A stretch of DNA of 64,000 nucleotides from a virus: the IMG/VR virus record IMGVR_UViG_3300044675_001825, positions 13,457-77,456 of that record. One strand, given 5' to 3'. Of this stretch, positions 46,175-60,900 are shown in pieces (position 1 is the stretch's first letter; the number at the start of each line of letters is the position of its first letter). Below the pieces are notes generated by a model. The model ran no database searches, was not told where the DNA came from, and saw only the letters and a program-made list of their open reading frames with translations. The position numbers were made by a program, and so were the translations under genes.

Positions 46175-48904
46175 ATGGCTTCATATACAGATAAAATCCC
46201 AACCTTTAATCCTTACGTAGAGCAACAACCTGTTGATGCTATGCTTAAGGTTGGTATGTACAAACAACAAAAGTACGAAGAGGGGGTAAAGAAAATACAA
46301 ACCAATATTGACAATATTGCAGGATTAGATATTGCTAATGAGGTTCAACAGAAATATCTACAGTCTAAACTCAATGCTCTTGGTAATAACTTGACATTCT
46401 TTGCTGCTAGTGATTTCTCAGACTTCTCTTTGGTAAATTCTGTTAATGGAATGACTAAGCAGATAACTAAAGATGAGGATATTATAAATTCTGTTAGTTC
46501 TACAGCTAAGCTTAGAGCAGGTTATAAGAAGAAAGCTGAGTTAGCAAAGAAAGGATTAACAGATAAAAACAATGATGACTACTATGATATGTTTGCTTCA
46601 GAGTATGTCGATAGTAAAGACTTGAAAGCTTCTTTCAACGCTGATTATGTTCCTTATACAAACATTGTTAAAAAACTACAAGATGCTCTTAAGGATGCAG
46701 GTCAAAGTGAAACTATAGCAGAACAGATATTTGTTACTGGTCCTGATGGGAAACCACTTATTACTAATGGACAATTTACATATGCTGATTCAAAAGCTAT
46801 TGATAAACTTGTTACAAACAAACCAGCAGTGATAGCTGCTATAGGTAATGTATTAAATGAAGGAAATGTTAAACGACAATTAGCAATTGATGGGTGGGCT
46901 ACATATAGAAACACAGAAGCTACAGAGTTACTAGAGCCTTTAAAGAATCAATATGATGATGAGAGAGATAGACTAGAACAACAGTCAGTAGAAATTACTG
47001 CTATGTTGAATAGTACAAACATATCTCCTGAAGAAAAAGAATTATATACTAAAGCTGCTGCTGAAATAGAAGCTTCTTTATTAAAGAATGATAATACATT
47101 TATGACACTTTCTAAAGAAGCTGAGGAAAATCCAGAATCATTTAAACAAAACTATTACACTCAAGAGTTCAAACAACGATTGATGAATCAGTTTGTTAAA
47201 GAAAATGTATCTAGAACATATGGAAAGAACGATGCTCTAGAAGTACAAATGACAAGAGATAAAAATAGATTTGATCAGGCAATGAAGAGAAGAGAGCTAT
47301 CTATTAGTGAATCTAAACTTAATCTGGACTACATGACATTTTATAGAGATTCTGAACAAGATCCTGTTACAGGAAATTGGAATAAAAAACCTGATCCAGA
47401 TAAAAAACCAACAACAACATTTGATGCAAACAAACCTTTATTTACTGGATCCACTTCAGGAGATAAAGTGGATGCTGTATATCTAATGAAAGAAGATATA
47501 AATGTATTAAGCACAGATAAAAACAAAATGGCATTATCATTATATGCTGATTTTATTAGAACAGCTAAAGATAATCCTTCACTTTCAGATCAAGCTATAT
47601 TAGCACAAGCTGATAAATATGCGCAGAAGTTAGGAGTTACAACAGAAGCATTTTTAGATAGATGGGCAACTAACATCAAAAACAAATATGATGAGAATGG
47701 ATTAATCCCTCCACCTAATTTAAATGAGAGCTTAATAGAGTATAATAACACTGCATTTTCATTAAACAATAAAGTTAACTCAGATAGAACAGCTTATGAA
47801 TCTGCCTCTAGAGAATCTGGATTAGCTGAATTAGAAAAGAAAGCATTAAAAGGAGCAACAGGTCTTAAGTTTAAGTATAAAAATGAAACAGTTCAACTTT
47901 CTGCTAAAGAACTTATGGATGTTTCATTAGCATTAACTCCTACCAAAATTAAAGATAATGCAGGTCATGAAAAAACTGTAAACTTATTAGATATTGGTAA
48001 ATTAAATGATAGACAATTAAAATATGCAGAAGGTACTTATGGAAGAGGATTATTTGGAAAAATGATAAATGGTAAAATGACATCACTTGGTTATAAAGGT
48101 TATCCAACTTTAGATGTGGGAGTAAGAATGGATATTGATAAAATAGTAAGACCTACGTATATAGCTGCAAACCAAATACGTGAAGCTCGTAAAAAAACAG
48201 ATGTAATATATAATCAAAAGCTAGCTAAGATAGTTGGTGTCTCAGATAATGTTACAGGAACTTTACCAACAACAGAAGCTTCTCAAAGAGAAGTGAGTGT
48301 AGCTAAAGTGGCTACATATATAACTGAAGGTGTAAGAAATTATGCAAAAGGGTCAGATAAAGAAAAAGTATCAAAAGCTTTAAAAGATCCAACTTCTATA
48401 ACTTGGTCAGCTAAAAAACCTACTAACTCAAGAGAAAGCTGGACAGCTACTATAACAGTTAAAGATAAAGATGGAAAAGATTACACCATAACTAATATAA
48501 ATCAAACAGACTTAGCAACTTTTACAGATGCTAAGTTTACTCAATATGAAGAGAAACCTATTCAGGATGCTTTAAATATAAACACTAATACAAAATCTAC
48601 AAATGCTGTCTATATGCCTAACTCTCCTAACGCATGGCGTACAGCTTATTTTAAAGGAGGTCAAATAAATCCTGAAATTCAAAAACAAGGATGGTCATAC
48701 AGAGCAGATGTTGTACAGACAGGTGTAGGATATAGACTTGTTCACTATGTTAGAAAGCCAGGATCTAAAAAATTTACTACTATATATGGGGATGCAATAG
48801 CACTTGATGAACGTATTATAGATAATACAGTAAGAATGACTACTCCAGCACAATTAAATGCTATGTACTTAAATTATGAACATAGTACTAAATCTAAAAA
48901 ATAA
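46175..48904 (+). CDS. Cargo/ejection protein
   Basis: 909-aa helical protein (FNPYVEQQP N-terminus) before the vRNAP gene. Confidence 0.75.
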   Translation: MASYTDKIPTFNPYVEQQPVDAMLKVGMYKQQKYEEGVKKIQTNIDNIAGLDIANEVQQKYLQSKLNALGNNLTFFAASDFSDFSLVNSVNGMTKQITKDEDIINSVSSTAKLRAGYKKKAELAKKGLTDKNNDDYYDMFASEYVDSKDLKASFNADYVPYTNIVKKLQDALKDAGQSETIAEQIFVTGPDGKPLITNGQFTYADSKAIDKLVTNKPAVIAAIGNVLNEGNVKRQLAIDGWATYRNTEATELLEPLKNQYDDERDRLEQQSVEITAMLNSTNISPEEKELYTKAAAEIEASLLKNDNTFMTLSKEAEENPESFKQNYYTQEFKQRLMNQFVKENVSRTYGKNDALEVQMTRDKNRFDQAMKRRELSISESKLNLDYMTFYRDSEQDPVTGNWNKKPDPDKKPTTTFDANKPLFTGSTSGDKVDAVYLMKEDINVLSTDKNKMALSLYADFIRTAKDNPSLSDQAILAQADKYAQKLGVTTEAFLDRWATNIKNKYDENGLIPPPNLNESLIEYNNTAFSLNNKVNSDRTAYESASRESGLAELEKKALKGATGLKFKYKNETVQLSAKELMDVSLALTPTKIKDNAGHEKTVNLLDIGKLNDRQLKYAEGTYGRGLFGKMINGKMTSLGYKGYPTLDVGVRMDIDKIVRPTYIAANQIREARKKTDVIYNQKLAKIVGVSDNVTGTLPTTEASQREVSVAKVATYITEGVRNYAKGSDKEKVSKALKDPTSITWSAKKPTNSRESWTATITVKDKDGKDYTITNINQTDLATFTDAKFTQYEEKPIQDALNINTNTKSTNAVYMPNSPNAWRTAYFKGGQINPEIQKQGWSYRADVVQTGVGYRLVHYVRKPGSKKFTTIYGDAIALDERIIDNTVRMTTPAQLNAMYLNYEHSTKSKK

Positions 48905-48919
48905 TAATAATAATATATT

Positions 48920-51900
48920 ATGCCAGATCCTACTAATGTTAATTTTGCAGGAAGACCTTACGTAAGAGGACCTCTTGATCCAAATCTTCCACCATCTCGT
49001 TTAAATACAGGATTCCCAGGACAAAGCTCAGGAAAAGCTTTGACTCCAGATGATATGATTAATATGCAGAATCGTCAGCTAGATCCTAATGAGATTAGAC
49101 CAGGTAAAACTTATTTAGCTGATGTTGCAGGAGACTTAACTGGAAGATACGATACAGTTGTATATGGAGCTAACAACGAAGATGCTTGGGGAGCACAACA
49201 ATCTACAATATCAAAAGGTGTAAATGGTATATTAAAAGGTACTAGCCTTGCTGCTACAACTGTAGTTGGTGGGTTTGCTGCACTTGGTGGAGCTGTTGCA
49301 TCTTTGTTTACAGGAAGAATGTCAGACATTTGGGATAATCCTGTAATGCAAAACATTGATAAATGGAACGAGAAGCTGGATCAAGAATACCTACCTAACT
49401 ATTATACAGATCAAGAAAAGAATGCTGAATGGTATTCTAGTGATAACTGGATGACAGCAAACTTCTTATTCGATAAAGTGATTAAGAACTCAGGATTTGC
49501 TGTTGGTGCTGTTATATCTGGTAACATGGCTTCTGGTTTTCTAGGTGCTGCAGGTACTGGTATTGGTAGAGGAGCAGCTGCATTAGAAGCTAACCAAGCA
49601 TTTAAAGCATTCTCTCCATTATTAAAAGGTACAGCTAGAGCTTTCTCTGCAGGCAAGAATGCTGAGGCTGCTGCTATATTAGAATCACGAATCTCTTCTA
49701 TTGCAGACATTACAGAAAGAACTTCTAAGCTAGCTCAAATTGCACAACAAACAAATCAGTTTGGAAATATCAATAATATTGGTAGAAGAATTGGTATTGC
49801 TGTATACTCTCAAGGTGGTGAAGCTGCATTTGAAGGATTGCAAACATCTAATGAGTTTAGAAGACAATTAATAGAAAAACAAACAAGAGAGAACTTTGGT
49901 GTAGCACCAAATGAAGAACAGTTAAGAAAAATTGATCAACAAGTAGAGAAGGTAGGGAAAGCATCCTTTCTTACTAACATGGCATTATTAGCTGCTACAG
50001 AATATGTACAGCTTCCTAAGTTATTAGGAAGTTCATATGCTGCTGAAAGACAAGCTGCAAATAGCTTAGCTGGAATGGCTGGTGATGTTGTATTGAAAGA
50101 TGGTAAGTATGTTGCTAGAGAGGCTGCTAAAACTGGATTTGGTAAACTATACAATAGAGTTAAAGGTGTAGGTAAATTTGTATTTGATCCTAAAGAGATG
50201 GGTCAAGAGATTGGTCAGTATGCTTTACAAATAGGAGCACAAAACTATTACAATAAAGCGTTTCAAGGAAAAGATGCTAATGTATTAGTTGATGGTGTAC
50301 TATATGGTATGTTTGGTACAGATGAATCTGGTAAAGATGTTGGAGCATTAGTATCTAAAGAAGGTATTGAGGGTGGTATTATTGGAGGTCTTACTGGAGG
50401 AGTTATGCAAGCTAAGGCTAATTATAAAATGGATAAAGCCATTAAGACAAACACTGCAGCATTTTTAGAAGAACTTAACACTACACCTACATATAAAGAA
50501 GCAGTTCAATATAAAATGGATGCTGTAAATAGAGGTGTGGCACTTCAAGAGCAACAACAAGATGCTATTGAACAAGGAGATAAGTTAGAAGCAAAAGATC
50601 TTAATGCTGATATGATGCATAACTACTTGTCACCACGTATCAAGTATGGTAGAATGGACATGGTGATGGATGATATTGCTGACATGAGAAAAGAATCTAT
50701 GTCTGAGGAAGGAATGGCATCTCTTAAACAATTAGGACTTGCTAATGCAAACGATACATCTATAACATTCAATGCTAGACTTTCTAAGTTTGAAGAAACA
50801 GCTAAGAACACAGAACAAATATTCAAGTCTACAAACCTTAGATACTCTGGAGAGATATTAAGAAATTATACTATTCCTACAGAAAATGGTGATAGAGAGA
50901 TTACTCCAGAAGAATATAATAAACTTAGTAAAGAAGATAAAGCAAAAGCAAAAGCTAATGGTAAACCCATCTTAAACGAAAAAGGAGAACAACAAAGAAA
51001 ATACTCTGATCAAGCAATTGATCAAATGGTTTATGCTGCTAGTAAAGTGGCAGACTATGATATTCGTATTCCTGAAGTATCTATGCTTCCTGTTTCAGAA
51101 GGTATTCTTGTACAAGATATAATTAATGAAGAATTAACTAACCCAGAATCTACAGCACTTAACGACAAGCTTGCTGAACTTGATGCTAATCCACAGGTCA
51201 ACACTCCAGAAGTTAAACAAGACTTGATAGACTCTGTTGAGTTAGCAATGAGAAGAAAAGAATATCTTAAAGAATATAACGACATTATTAATAATCCTAA
51301 GGAATACAGTCAACAAAGAGAAGAGTTTAAAGATCCTGAAGATATTGCAAACGCTAAAGAAACAATCTCTATTAAGACTAAAAGAGGACCTAGAGATATT
51401 GAAATAGGTACTGAATACTTCTTAGGTAAGGTGGTTGACTTTGATGAGAAAGGACATGAAGTATATCGTGCTCCTAGAATGATTGTGTTGGGTAAAAATG
51501 AAGATGGTACAATTAAGGTGCAAGACTCAGATGGTGTTATACACGATATAAAAGAATCTACATTAGCAAGATATAATCTTGGTAAAGTAGATTCTACATT
51601 AAAGAATAAGAAGGCCAAGTTCTATATGGAGAACTGGAACACTGTTTATGAATTTAACTTTGGTAAGAAGTATGGTAAACAAAAAGGTAGAATAGAATAT
51701 GATCCTGAGACTGGTCAAATGCTCTTCAAATACAGAAATAAAAAAGGAGAGATTAAAGAGATTGAAGTTACAGGAGATCAATTCAAATTAACTGAAGCAG
51801 CTAAAAAGAAAGGATACACACAGCCTATGATTAAAGCTGTTGGTGAATTAACTGCAGTGCAACAAAAAGCAGAAGAAGACTTTGCTGCTGAAGTGGACCC

Positions 51901-54900
51901 ACGTTTAGAAGCTAAGCGTGAGGCACGTCTTAAAATATTAAATGATTTGTTTGATGAGTTATCTGATAGACAAGATAAGGTTGATAGACTAATTGATCAA
52001 AAACAAAAAGAGGTTGCTAAGGCCAAAGAAGAATATGAAAAGCTGACTAAAGAAATTGAAGCAGCTGAGTTAGATAAACGTAATAAAAAAGTTGACAAGT
52101 TCAAAGCTACTACATCAAGAGCTATTGATAACGCAATGCGTCTATCTAGAATGCAAGATCAATTAGAAAGAGAGATTGAAGATTTAAAGACAGACTCAGA
52201 AGAGATTGAAGCTACCCTTAACTATATTACAGACATGGCTGTTAATATAGATGAGTACTCAACCAACTTCAAAGACTTCATGGATGAGTTACAAGATGAA
52301 ATCTTAGATCTTGAAATCTTACAAGAGACAACACAAAGACAAATTACCACTCTATCTAAATTAGCAAGAGAGACACAGAAAGCATTAGATTCTACTATTG
52401 ACTATCTGACTAAATTGATAACAAACTTTGAGTCTAGATATCCAAATATTCCTAGACTTATGGGACAAGACTGGGTTGACTTCTTAAAAAACAATCCAAA
52501 CTTCCTTAAGCTTAAACCTAATTACAAATCAGATTTACAACTCATTGATGATATTGTTTCTGAGATGGAAGATGCTGACATTGCTCCTAATGAACAACAA
52601 TTGAAAGAATTGATTGAGCATATGGATATTATGCAAGGGGAGATGGAAGAAGTTCAGAAAGAAATCGAAGCTAAAGAGATTATTCTAAACAAGTTCCAAA
52701 GAGTTGCTGATAAGTATAAAGAGCAACAAGCACAAGAAAAAAGGTTACAGAACGATAAAGCTCTTCAAGCAGAATATTTAGGAACTAATAGCCTTGATGT
52801 ACAAAGTTTCTTTAGTAATGCATACTATGAAGCATCTTCTAAGAAAGAAGATCTTGATGTAGTTACAGGAACTGTTGCTGTTACTAAGGGTAGACCAGGT
52901 GAACAGATAAGAGAACATCATGCTAGAGCCAATCGTTTTGGCTTTAAGATGAATAAGTTTGAAAATAGAACTTCTCTTCGTGGGATGATTGTCACTGCTG
53001 CTACAGAAGCTGCAGCTGGTGTACCAGGACTTATGAACTATTTAACTGATGGAGGTAGAGCAGTTGATGCTAAAGGTAAACCTATCAATCCTAATAAGAT
53101 CATTGCTCTTGTAATGGTAGAAGATAATGATGATGGTACATATACATTAGTTGATGAGAATGGTGTTCCTTTTACACCAGAACAATTAGCTGATCCTATC
53201 AACAATGCTATCTATCAAGTGTTTCCTAACGAAGAACTAGAGGCTAATTACATTAATAAAGAAGGTAAGTCAGAAAGAGGTTCTATGTTCAGAAAAGGAA
53301 CTGAAGATGGAAAATTAACTGAAGCACAAGAATCGTTAAAGAAACAATATGCTAAATGGAGAGAAGATCGCTTGAAAGAAGTTACTTCTCCCACTCCACA
53401 AACTATTGCTGAATCATTTGGTATTCCAGACTATGTTACACGTTTAGATGAGAAAGGAAAAGAAGTAAGAGATTATGACGCTAGAGTGGCTGTAGAAGAA
53501 ACAGGATTATTATCTGAAGGAGCTCTACTTGAAGATCCTGTATTAATGGTTGCTACAAAGAATGACTCTGTTACATATGGTAAAGTGACATTCAATACTC
53601 CAGAAGGTAGAGTGTTCTTGAAAGTTCCTGGTGGATTAGTTAAGTTAAACAATAGAAAACTTACTGAAAAAGAAGTTAACACTATCTACGATGTTATGCT
53701 TCAAGTGACTAAGAACGTTGATAGAGATGGTACTACTAAAACACCTGAGACACAATATTTATTCAACTGGTTAAAGACTGTTGTCTACTGGGGTATTCCT
53801 AGAAATACACAGACAAAAGAAAGAAAAGAGTCTGGATATAACAGTATCTTTTTTGAAGATGTTATAGAAGGTAATAAAGCATATCCTAAATTATTTATTT
53901 CAGGACTTAAAGCTGCACCATTTAGTTTTACAAGAACTGGATTAGAGAATAACGAAAATGAAATCAAAGGTATTCTTAGAGGTATGTACAATAACGTAAA
54001 TGCTACTAAGGTTAATACAGATTCATTCAAAGATAAATATACAGAGATTATTGGTATAGATGAGAATGGTAACCCTATCAAGAGAGATTGGGATAACTAC
54101 CAAACATATCTATTATCAGCTGAAGGAAGAACTAACGAAGAGATTCCTTTAGTTACACAAATTAGACCATTAACTGATCCTGATCTTCCTAATAAGAAAG
54201 GGATATATTTTACATTGGTAGAAACTGCTGATGATTATGAAATCCCAGTTCCTCCTCCTGTAGTTACAAAAGCTCCTGCACCAGCAGCTACAGCTAAAAC
54301 TCCTACAACTAAAGAAGCTTTAGAAAAAATCAAAGGAGCAATCAATGCTGAAGAGAACATTGCAGAAATGATGGATAGTGTATTCAAAGTGATTGACGAG
54401 AAAGATTATCTAGCTTGGCAAGAAACATTAAATTCAGAAGAACTATCAGCAGACTTAGAAGCAATCCTTACAGGTAATCAAGGTGATGAGTCTACTATAT
54501 TCAATCTTACTAGTAAATACTTATTAAATAAATACATTGATGAGAAGATTGCTATATTGAATAAGACAGCTCAAACAGCAGCACCTGCTGCTGCTACTAC
54601 TCCATCTCCTAATGATAAAGTGTATGACTTAGAGGGTGGAGAAAATGTATTCAAACTTAAGTATGGTAACGTTACTTTCAAGATAGATGCTCAGAAGTTT
54701 ATAGATACAAATGGAAAAGAAGGATTTAGTGCAGTGTTTACACCAGACACGATGGCTGCATTAATGGTTGATAAAGGTATAGAAGATATTAAAAAAGCCC
54801 AATCACTTGTATATGGTGCTATAATGGCTAAGCTTAGACCACAACTAGATGCATACCAAACTAAATCTAAAGTGCCTGCTGCAGATGCTCCACAAACTAC

Positions 54901-57900
54901 ATTTGTATTAGATGGAATAGCAGAGAACATTGTACAGATAGATGGATATGGTAAAATCATATTTACATTAGATGGTAAGAAGTTTAATGAAACTAGACAA
55001 GGATTTAACATTCAGTTTCAATCTTTTAACACAGAAGTGTTAACAGCAGTGATGTCAGCTGAAGGTATTACACAAGCACAAGCTCAACAAAAAATTGGTA
55101 ATGAGATATTTGCTAAAGTTTTTCCACAATTGGAAGCAATGAAAGTTCCAGTTGCTCCACCACTTGCTACACCTTTTGTACCAAATGTTCCAGCTGATGT
55201 AATTGAAGCAGATGAGTATGCCAACTTTATTGATAATGGAGTGGTGACAGATGAGAGAATCAATTCTATTGCTGAGAAGATTAAGAACAACGAACAGTTA
55301 TCTCCAAGAGAAATGGAGATGTTTACTGATAAAACTTCTGAGGTAAATGCAAAACTTGCTGGTGAAGAAGTGGTACCACCTGATCCTACTCCTGAACCAC
55401 AACCTGGAAAACCACTTACTGGAGCACAAAGACTTGCTAATAGACAAAGAACACAAGCTCCTGATGATTCATCAATGCGTGTTGCTTTAGCTAAACAAGC
55501 TAAGAAGTTCCAAGGTGAAGACTGGGCCAAGTTAGAAGAAGGTATTAAAAAGATGCTTCCTAATGTTCCTATATACAGAGTGAAGAATATTATTCAAGCT
55601 AGTAATGGTAGACAAGCTTGGGGTATGCTTCACAATGGTGCTATCTATATATACGAGAATGCTGAGGTGGGTACTGTGTATCACGAGGTATTTGAAGCTG
55701 TATGGAAAATGTTTGCTGATGCAAATGAGAAAGAAGCTATCCTTAAAGAGTTTGTAAGCAGAAAAGGAACATTTGTAGATAGAGAAACAGGCAAGACTGT
55801 TGAATATAAATATGCTACAGCTCACCAAATCAAAGAAGAGCTTGCTGAAGAGTTTAGAGATGCTGTCCTTAATGATAAGTTAGGTATTCCAAATGAATCT
55901 AAAAGCTTAATTGGTAGATTGTTTTCTCAATTGATTGACTTCATCAAGTCTTTCTTTACAGGAAGAAATGCTCAACGTAATACAAGAGAGTTATTCAACA
56001 AGATAGGTAATGGATACTATGACACATTCAATCCTTACATGTCTCAATTGGCATATGCTAATGTAGGTGTAATTGATATAGAGAATGCGTATGCTGACGA
56101 TCGTTCTGAGTTTAGAGTGAAAGGTATACCTGCTGTTCAATTACATGAGTTGATTGATGAAATGACATTCATCACTCTTAAAGATCTTATGAAAAAGAAA
56201 GAAAGCTTGTTCACTATAGTTAAACCTAAACAGAAAGAGCTTTACCAGATGCTTCAAGTAAGAATGGAACAAGTTATTGGTCATCAATTAGATCTTGTAC
56301 AAGATAACATGGATGCAGGAATAACTAGTGAAGAAGAAGGAACTAAACAAAAGAATGATTTAGATGCTCTTTACATTAGTTTATTTGATCAATGGGAAGA
56401 TATCATTGTAAGACACAAAGAAAAACTTAAAACGTTCAATATAGAGTTTGATGAGAATGATGAAATAAACTATGAGGATTATGAGAAAGGTAAAGATGAA
56501 GGATTTGGAGATGCTAGAAAGATTGATTCATTCAGAAAAGCAAATGGTGCTATTAAGTTATTACTAGGAACTCTTCCTGTATCATATGTAGGTGTTAATG
56601 AAAAAGGAGAAAGAGAATTAAAAAATAAACGTTCTTCTATTGGGGGTGCTATTCTTATGCCTGCAGATGAAGTGTTCATTAAGTTAAAAAACAAACTTTT
56701 TGACTCTGTGAATCTTGATGACATGATGGATAGACTTAGAACTATGGCTAAAGGAGATCCTAATTTTGAGAACTTATATGGAAGACTTACAGGTTCATCT
56801 GTTGTTTCACCAATTGACTACAAAACAATAAATGATAAATCATGGCAACTTATCACTGCTTTCTGGAAAGCAATGAAGAGTCAAAATGCTGATGCTATTT
56901 CTGTATTTATTATGAATAATGGAGAAGTGGTAGTTAGTGATTCAACATTAACTAGTGCTGCTAAACAAGCTAAGCGTGAAATGACTAATGATATGATTGA
57001 TAAAATCAAATCAAATTCTGCATTCTTCTCATATGAACCTAAGACAGGAAGATATTTTGCTACAGATAAGATTAAGTCTATGCCATTGAGTGGTTCAGAT
57101 TTATCAACTTACACAGCTCTACTTAAAGAACTAGGTATTGAGTTCAATATCAAAGACATAAAGAGATTAGAAAAAACAAGTGCTGATCAATTACTAAACT
57201 TTACAGATGCTGTAGAAGGTATCAAGAAAGAATTTTCTAGATTAAGTGATAAAGGTAAAGCTACCACTGATGAACAAATAGCAGAAGATGAAGCTAATGG
57301 AGAAGTTGCTAGAGGTATAGTAAACTTAACTCCTAAGACATTAAATATAGAAGGACGTTTGTTTCAATTAGGACTTACAAAAGCCATCTTTGAAAACAAA
57401 TCGTTTGAGAGTACGTATTTCAATATGAATGGAGAACGTACCCAAACCTATATTGGTGTAAATGCATTGAGTAGTTTACACACTGTTCTTTCTAAATTAA
57501 ATAACATCACTGAACTATCAAGCAATCCTGCTTACAAACAATACGAATACTTACGTACAGATGTATTTACTAAAGGAAGTGTAATGTTACAAAGAATGTT
57601 TAACTTACATCCTACAAAAGGAACAGGTAAACGTATTGCAGGAACAGAAGACTACATGAAATCTGTATACATTGATGGTATGGATAACCAACGTATTGGT
57701 AAGAAAAAAGAATCTTCTAAGCTTTCAGCTAAAGAAAGAATTGTTCAAGAGATAAATCTTAACTTAGAAGGATACTTTTTAAATCTAGTTCCTGGAGATG
57801 CTTCTATTGAGTGGGCTGTTAAGATGACTCAGTTTATAAACAATGAAACTTTCTTAGATAAAGACTACTATAATATATTCAGAGATTATTTTATATCTGA

Positions 57901-60900
57901 AGTGGAACTTGCCAGAGATGATCGTTTTATTGTTGAAGGAAAGGATAGAAAGTCAACAGACCTTCGTTTCTTTAAAGCTATACTTGGTGAAGAACTTAAT
58001 AATAAAATCACAAAAGAAAGCAATAAAAAATACACAGCTGAAGAACTATACAATGGAAAACCTTCAGAAGGATTCAAAGGATATGCAGCTGAAATAAATG
58101 CTGCTGTAGATGAGTTTATCAAACAAGATGCTGCAGATACAGAAGCTCTTCTTAAAGATTTTGGTATTGTATATTATGGTGCTGAAGGATTAACTATTGA
58201 TGATATAGTGTTTGATGACAACATAGATTTAACAGAGAAAACTTTAAAAGACAAACTTCAAGTGCTATCTGTAAACTATATGATAGCTAACATTGAGATG
58301 CACAAGCTTCTTTATTCAGATCCTTATCAATATAATGATGAGTTGAAACGTATCAAAAACTTCAACTCTCCTAGACAAGCTCTTTTGGTTGGATCTCAAG
58401 ATGTAAATGCTGCACTTGATGCTATATACAATAAAGGATTTAATCCTAAAGATCTTGGTTACACTGATATGACAGTAGATTATTTCAAAGCAATTGCTCT
58501 TGGTGATGTACTAAGTGTTAGTGATCTTAAAGGATATGACCCATATGAAGAGACTGATGGTGGTGGATACATCACATTAAAAGCTAATCGTATCTTTGGA
58601 ATACGTTCTGGAGAATGGACTGAAGCTAATGAAGCTCAGTACAGACATGACATAGCATATGAAGAGTTGGTTAAGTCAGGAGCAAATAAAAGACAAATAG
58701 AATTATTTGATAGAAATAGTCCTGAGGTGGCAAGTACATACACTGCTAGAAAACCTATTGTATCTGGTAACAAACAAGATGGTAGAAACTATAATGATGT
58801 TGTACTACACAAGTTTGCATTACTTCCTCTATCATTTAGATTGTTACATAAGATGAACCCTGACTCAAATGCTATCAAGTTGTATAACAAGATGCAAGCT
58901 GACAACATTGACTATGCTGTATATGAATCAGGAGTTAAAGTGGGTATAGAAAAGGTTTCTCCTTTATATGATAAAGATGGTAACTTTGATGAGACACCAT
59001 TCGAAGATCCTAATGCTCTAGTAAATATTTATGAGAAACAAGCTGTTTCTAAAATACCATTTAGCATCATGGGTGTACAGGCAGAGGTTCCTTCTAAGGA
59101 TGCTCCTTTTGTAACACAAGGATCTCAGGTTACAAAACTTGTTACAATGGACTTCATGCAAGCTGGTGTGCCAATTGATTTTGATTCTACTACAGAAGAT
59201 TTTAACACTAGATTTGTTAAATGGATAAAACTAACTCCTGAACAAAAACTAGAAGCATCTGAACTATATAGAGACATCAAACATAATCAAGCTATATTAC
59301 AAGCTAAGATAGAGCAAGGATATAAAACTCTTCTTAACAAACTTGGTATCAAAGAATCAATTAATGATCAAGGTGAAAAAAGTTTTAGAATAAGTGATAA
59401 AGCTAAACTGATTAAAACATTAGAAGACGAAATATTACAACGAGAAGTTAATGATAATATTACAGATGCACTTGATGGATTTAAAGATGGCGATGTTGTA
59501 TTAGAAGCAACACCTGCATACCAACAAATCAGAAACGTTCTTTATTCTATTGCTGATAAGAAAGTTGTATCTCCTAAAATATCTGGAGGTATGAAAGTAC
59601 AAATTCCTTCTACATTATTAGAATCAAAAAGACCTGGTCAACAAGTAGTTAAAGGTAAGAATGTTTTTAGCTCAGATCTACTTAAGTTCTATACTAGAAA
59701 TGAAAATGGTAAATCAATAAACGTTTGCCAGATAATGGTAGGTAGATGGTTTAAATCAAACATGTCTGATGAAGACCTTATAAACTATTTCAATACTGAC
59801 CCACAGGGTAAGAAAGAGTTCGAAGCTATAATGGGTGTGGCATTTCGTATCCCAACACAGAAACAAAACTCTATCGATGTATTTGAGATAGCTAAATTCC
59901 TTCCTGAAGGATATAAAGATGCTGTAGTTATTCCATCAGAACTTGTTAAGAAAGCTGGATCTGACTTTGATATTGATAAGTTGTCAATCTATTTGAAAAA
60001 CATCTATCCTAGTAATGAAAAGACACCTAAGGTGGTTCCTTACTTAGGAATAGGTGAAGAAGCTATTAAGAAGTTTGGTGAGTTATATGACAAAGGAGAA
60101 TTCAATGAATACTTGAAGTCTAAGAAACTTGAAGTGAATACAGAATCTGTAGATAAGTTAATGTCTGCAATATTCTCTAATGAATCATTCCAAAGAGAAG
60201 AAGTGATTAATGATCTTTACAGACAGTCATTAGAGAATGAATACATCCAATCATTACAGAAGTTGGTATCTAACGATCTTAACTTTGATAACTTAATCAA
60301 ACCTAACTCTGCAGATGATCTTAAAGGATTAGAAGATAAGATACGTGAAAAACTTGGCGAAACTAAAGTGGACTATAGTTCTGTAGGAAACATGTTAAGT
60401 AGAAGATTCATGACAACTCTGAGACATTACTTTGTTACAGGTAAGTATGCTATTGGTATTGCTGCTGTAAATCAAACTAACCACGCTCAAAGTCAACGTA
60501 GTCTTATTTATGTTGATCCAGAGAAGTTAGATGACTTAGCTGATGAAACTGATAAAAAATGGTTAGGTGATGCTAAGGTTAACTTTAAAGAATACAATTC
60601 TGTTATGGTTAATGGTATGAAGCGTGCCACTCTATCCATGATTGAAGATGCTAATAAAGATAAAACTAAAAGAAATTCTATTTCTGATATCATTGGACAG
60701 TTCATTGATGGGTATGTGGATATCTCTAAAGATCCTTGGATCATGAGACTTGGGGCTAACCCTAACGTTGCTTCTACATGGTTGTTCTTAGTTAAACTTG
60801 GTGTACCTATTGATACAGTTGGATTCTTTATGAACCAACCAATTGTTCGTGACTATCTAAAAACAATTCAGAATAATGGATATTCATGGTTGTTCATTGA

